This document shows, one piece after another, positions 34,501-36,959 of a DNA stretch of 36,959 nucleotides. Under the pieces are notes generated by a model that saw only the letters and a program-made list of their open reading frames with translations, had not been told where the DNA came from and did no database searches. Origin of the DNA: Phoronis australis (Eukaryota > Animalia > Phoronida); contig NMRA01000121.1 in NCBI GenBank assembly GCA_002633005.1, positions 1 through 36,959 of the forward strand, written 5' to 3'. How positions within the stretch are numbered: the stretch's first letter is position 1; each line of letters starts with the position of its first letter. A program made the position numbers and the translations under genes.

Positions 34501-35060
34501 TTTAAGATACAAATTTGTGTCTAGGCTCAAACCTAACAATCGCTGAAAAAAGTTTCATTGAGGTAATTATGAGGGCAGTACAGTCTAGAAATATTGTATA
34601 AAAATTATCTCAGTAACAACCCCTCATGTGCCAGGGACGTTGCAATATTGCTTAAATGAGATTTAATTTTTTAAGAAATAGTTATGTGGAACATAAGATC
34701 AAATTGTCGGCTTAAGAATTCAATCAGTTTCATGAAACAGACACTTGACTATTTCCCTGCCGACAGATTGACTTTGGCTATCCTCGTCCAGTGAACGCTA
34801 TCGCTACGCAAGGTAGTCCCGTGCAGGAGGATTGGATATATGAATATAAGCTATGGCATGGCAACACGACCAGCGCTCTAGTTGCGTACAACAACGGCAC
34901 TCTGCTGAATGCTAACGACAATCAAAACCTCGTTGTGATCCAGCCTCTGCAACAATTCACTGCCAGATATGTGCAACTCCAACCGGTCACCTATAAAAAC
35001 CAGCCAGCGTTAAGACTGGAGCTTTATGGACCACCAGCACCACTGAAAAGTAAGATATGA
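28224..35060 (+). CDS. Gene 3 (whole model): secreted coiled-coil protein with two discoidin (F5/8 type C) domains, about 410 aa
   Basis: Exons 28224-28545, 29151-29329, 29841-29964, 32953-33123, 33683-33825, 34767-35060 join in frame (1233 nt) with GT-AG introns. Confidence 0.82.
29151..29329 (+). CDS. Gene 3 exon 2: discoidin domain 1, N-terminal part
   Basis: AC...LTASSMW...AWSS...PWIQ |GTGAG; an alternative in-frame acceptor gives a start at 29139. Confidence 0.85.
29841..29964 (+). CDS. Gene 3 exon 3: discoidin domain 1, middle
   Basis: Branch point TACTAAC + TTTCAG| ADLGEVKGVSAIAIRGR...VTWYTLSYSSDGIKW; phase-1 donor G|GTGAGA. Confidence 0.82.
30673..30762. repeat. intronic hairpin: perfect 23-bp core, imperfect arms to about 45 bp
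   Basis: GGTTTATGACATGGGCAAAACCT (30692-30714), loop GCAAA, exact reverse complement at 30720-30742. Confidence 0.9.
31240..31395 (-). pseudogene. possible Gypsy-type pol C-terminal remnant
   Basis: QALPEFREGDKIMI then, after a frameshift, ...KRIHLRR, resembling the LPxLxxGDxV...RNRxHL tail of Gypsy integrases; weak. Confidence 0.3.
31633..31780 (-). mobile_element. MITE family B copy 2 (5-bp TSD ATATT)
   Basis: ATATT|CAGTGGTGGATGTAGAGGGG ... CCTGGATCCGCCCTTG|ATATT. Confidence 0.75.
32953..33123 (+). CDS. Gene 3 exon 4: discoidin domain 1, C-terminal part
   Basis: TTTTATTTGCAG| ...PIQARYVRVHPVKWHWHPSLRWEVYGTDCS |GTAAAT. Confidence 0.88.
33683..33825 (+). CDS. Gene 3 exon 5: discoidin domain 2, N-terminal part
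   Basis: TTTTGTTTCAG| EHSEIGY...PRFAVLDSSLAWTASKSNDKMT |GTAAGT. Confidence 0.8.
34767..35060 (+). CDS. Gene 3 exon 6: discoidin domain 2, remainder
   Basis: CAG| IDFGYPRPVNAIATQG...ARYVQLQPVTYKNQPALRLELYG...*; AATAAA near 35350; possible donor at 35049|35050. Confidence 0.88.
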   Translation: MDFGYPRPVNAIATQGSPVQEDWIYEYKLWHGNTTSALVAYNNGTLLNANDNQNLVVIQPLQQFTARYVQLQPVTYKNQPALRLELYGPPAPLKSKI

Positions 35061-36347
35061 TAATCACGTGATACTACTTCAACACAGTCATGATGGCATT
35101 CAACTGTTTTTCCAGATTTTGCCTGGGCTTGAAAAAAAAAGATTTTCGAGCTCCAACAGTTTGTTCCACAGGATGTACATAATCTGAAAATATGAACAGT
35201 ACATTGGGCGAAGACTACGTAACCTACATATGTAGCACAAAACTTAAAGAGGCATGGAACGCAAAAACTCCTCAAAAATATCTTTTAACAATTTCTGACG
35301 AATTACCATTTCGCAACGTCTAGTACAGACTAATTCACTTTCTCATGTGAATAAATATCCAGAAAAAAGTCACAGATTTTTGAAAAACGTCCAAATGAAA
35401 AACTCTGTGGTTACCACTGAGTTTCTAATCTCCATCCCACTTGTGATAAATGCGTTCACAGTCAGTTGATTGATGTCGCTTGCGGTCAAAGGTTACATTT
35501 TTCAAGGGAAAGGTGCTACGTCTATGTCTTGCCATAACAAATAAGGAGACTTGCTTTGCCGTGTAGGAGAAAAATCGACGAAATGGCGAGCAGTTGACAG
35601 ATCGTTTTTCTGAAATTTGGAACTAAAAGAAAATGCTTTGATATGAACAGACATTAGTAACCATTTCGAACAAACCGTAAAAATACATGGTGAGCAGGTT
35701 GAATTCTATTTCAGTGGCAGAGAACCTCTTTCAATATTGCAATTCAAACTGTTTGTCGCTTTACACGCCTCTTTAAAATGCCCAGCCAACCCAGCAGGCG
35801 CTCATTCTTAATGAAATTGGGGGAAGGCAAATTCAACCGTGGCAAATTTAGCCGCGACTCAAAGAACTATTGAGTGCTACCTACGTCTTAGACATCGATG
35901 TCGTTACAGGTTTTACATTACGACAATCGCGACCTGACTTTTATCAGTTTGGTGACAGCTCCCGTAGGGCTCAGTGTTGTGCAGTTTTGGCAGTACTTTA
36001 TATCTTGAGATAGCAATGTTAGCAATTATTTCCAACTTGCTATAACAACGCACATGTTGTTTCAGCTCAAGATTGTCTCTGGTGAAGTAACATCGAGCAT
36101 GGGATGACGTAGCTGCTGGTTCAATTTTTGTTTCCTTTCATGTAGATTCACTGTTAAGAAGTGTCAGCTTTCAGTCAGACATTCACAATGATATACTTGC
36201 CACTTAAGTTCCTATGAGCAATTCATGTATATTGTGTTTGTAGCTAACCTGACGGACCTTGAATTTTAACATAAAGTTCAAATCGAAGCTGTTGGAATCT
36301 TTATTTAACTACTGAAACAGAAAACACTGTCGCAGGCTTATCCTTAA

Positions 36348-36959
36348 AGGCGAAGGCAACCTTTTTGCATGTCACTTTCAGCTAAAATAAGGTTGGTTGG
36401 TTATCCTAGACATATTTTCCACTTAATTACAGCTTTTCGTAATTTTATAAATTACTCGTCCGCTACTCTGGAAGTGACGTTTTAGGAGGCAAGCGTTTCC
36501 CGCCACTTGGTTTTGCGTTGACTTTACCGTGCGAATCTGTTCTATTCTACTTTTGTTTGGTGCTGTTTCTCAACAATTGTCGCAACCACTTTCCATCGGC
36601 GAGTATTGTGCGGTAAGATAAGTTAGTAGAGAACTCAACTAAGTTGGATTTAGGGATTGTTTAGTGTGTTGTAAGCTGAAAATAGCTGGAGTTGGTGACC
36701 CGTATCACAGTGACAGTAGTGTGAGTAACGGAGACCTTGTTCAGAGCAGTGGTGAAGAGGAATTTTTTCAAGGACATTCAGTGGGTGGGTACATGTTTGA
36801 GCCCGAGTATAACGAGGCAGAGTACGCACAGGCACAGGCAGCTGTTGAGAGAAACGAGGCGGCTACTGAGGACAGACGTGGTGACACATCTTGGTGCAAA
36901 TGCACTTTGTGCGTTGTTATGCCTACCTCAATGGAATGCTTGTGCTGTTCAGAGTTCGA
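36348..36959 (+). mobile_element. left end of a second Kolobok-type family, running off the window
   Basis: TTAA|AGGCGAAGGCAACC terminus followed by a KolX-like reading frame. Confidence 0.75.
36682..36959 (+). CDS. KolX / P2X7-ballast-like Cys-rich ORF, partial
   Basis: GGYMFEPEYNEAE...RRGDTSWCKCTLCVVMPTSMECLCCSEF; no stop from 36643 to the window end; the expected start position reads AAA ATA GCT. Confidence 0.8.
   Translation, partial: MAGVGDPYHSDSSVSNGDLVQSSGEEEFFQGHSVGGYMFEPEYNEAEYAQAQAAVERNEAATEDRRGDTSWCKCTLCVVMPTSMECLCCSEF

Noticed and set aside
29151-35060. Naming gene 3 MFGE8, EDIL3, neuropilin or DDR
   Set aside because: No EGF, CUB, transmembrane or kinase domains; similarity is at domain level only.
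36781-36959. Genuine P2X7 receptor gene
   Set aside because: Only the Cys-rich ballast-like part, directly behind a TTAA|AGG transposon terminus; no P2X channel sequence.

Overview
Eukaryotic, TE-rich genomic DNA with GT-AG introns, most likely from a marine invertebrate animal (inference from the gene and TE families; the species cannot be determined). Three host genes, all predicted extracellular. (1) 1819-7333 (+): seven coding exons giving signal peptide, six divergent sushi/CCP-like modules (one per exon, all introns phase 1), a Ser/Thr stalk and a GPI-anchor-like tail, with an in-frame TAG at codon 6. (2) 17968-19965 (-): an intronless 665-aa secreted protein of no family I can name, with His-cluster motifs. 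(3) 28224-35060 (+): six exons giving signal peptide, coiled coil and two discoidin (F5/8 type C) domains. Between them are several Kolobok-type DNA transposon copies (TTAA|AGG termini, KolX/P2X7-ballast-like Cys ORF), two of them head-to-head as a roughly 2-kb quasi-palindrome. Also present are a THAP remnant, a decayed CR1/L2-group LINE interrupted by a 1364-bp TIR element, a mariner remnant, several MITEs, perfect hairpins and short tandem arrays. No prokaryotic operon, CRISPR, rRNA or intact tRNA is evident. All coordinates and alignments were read by eye.
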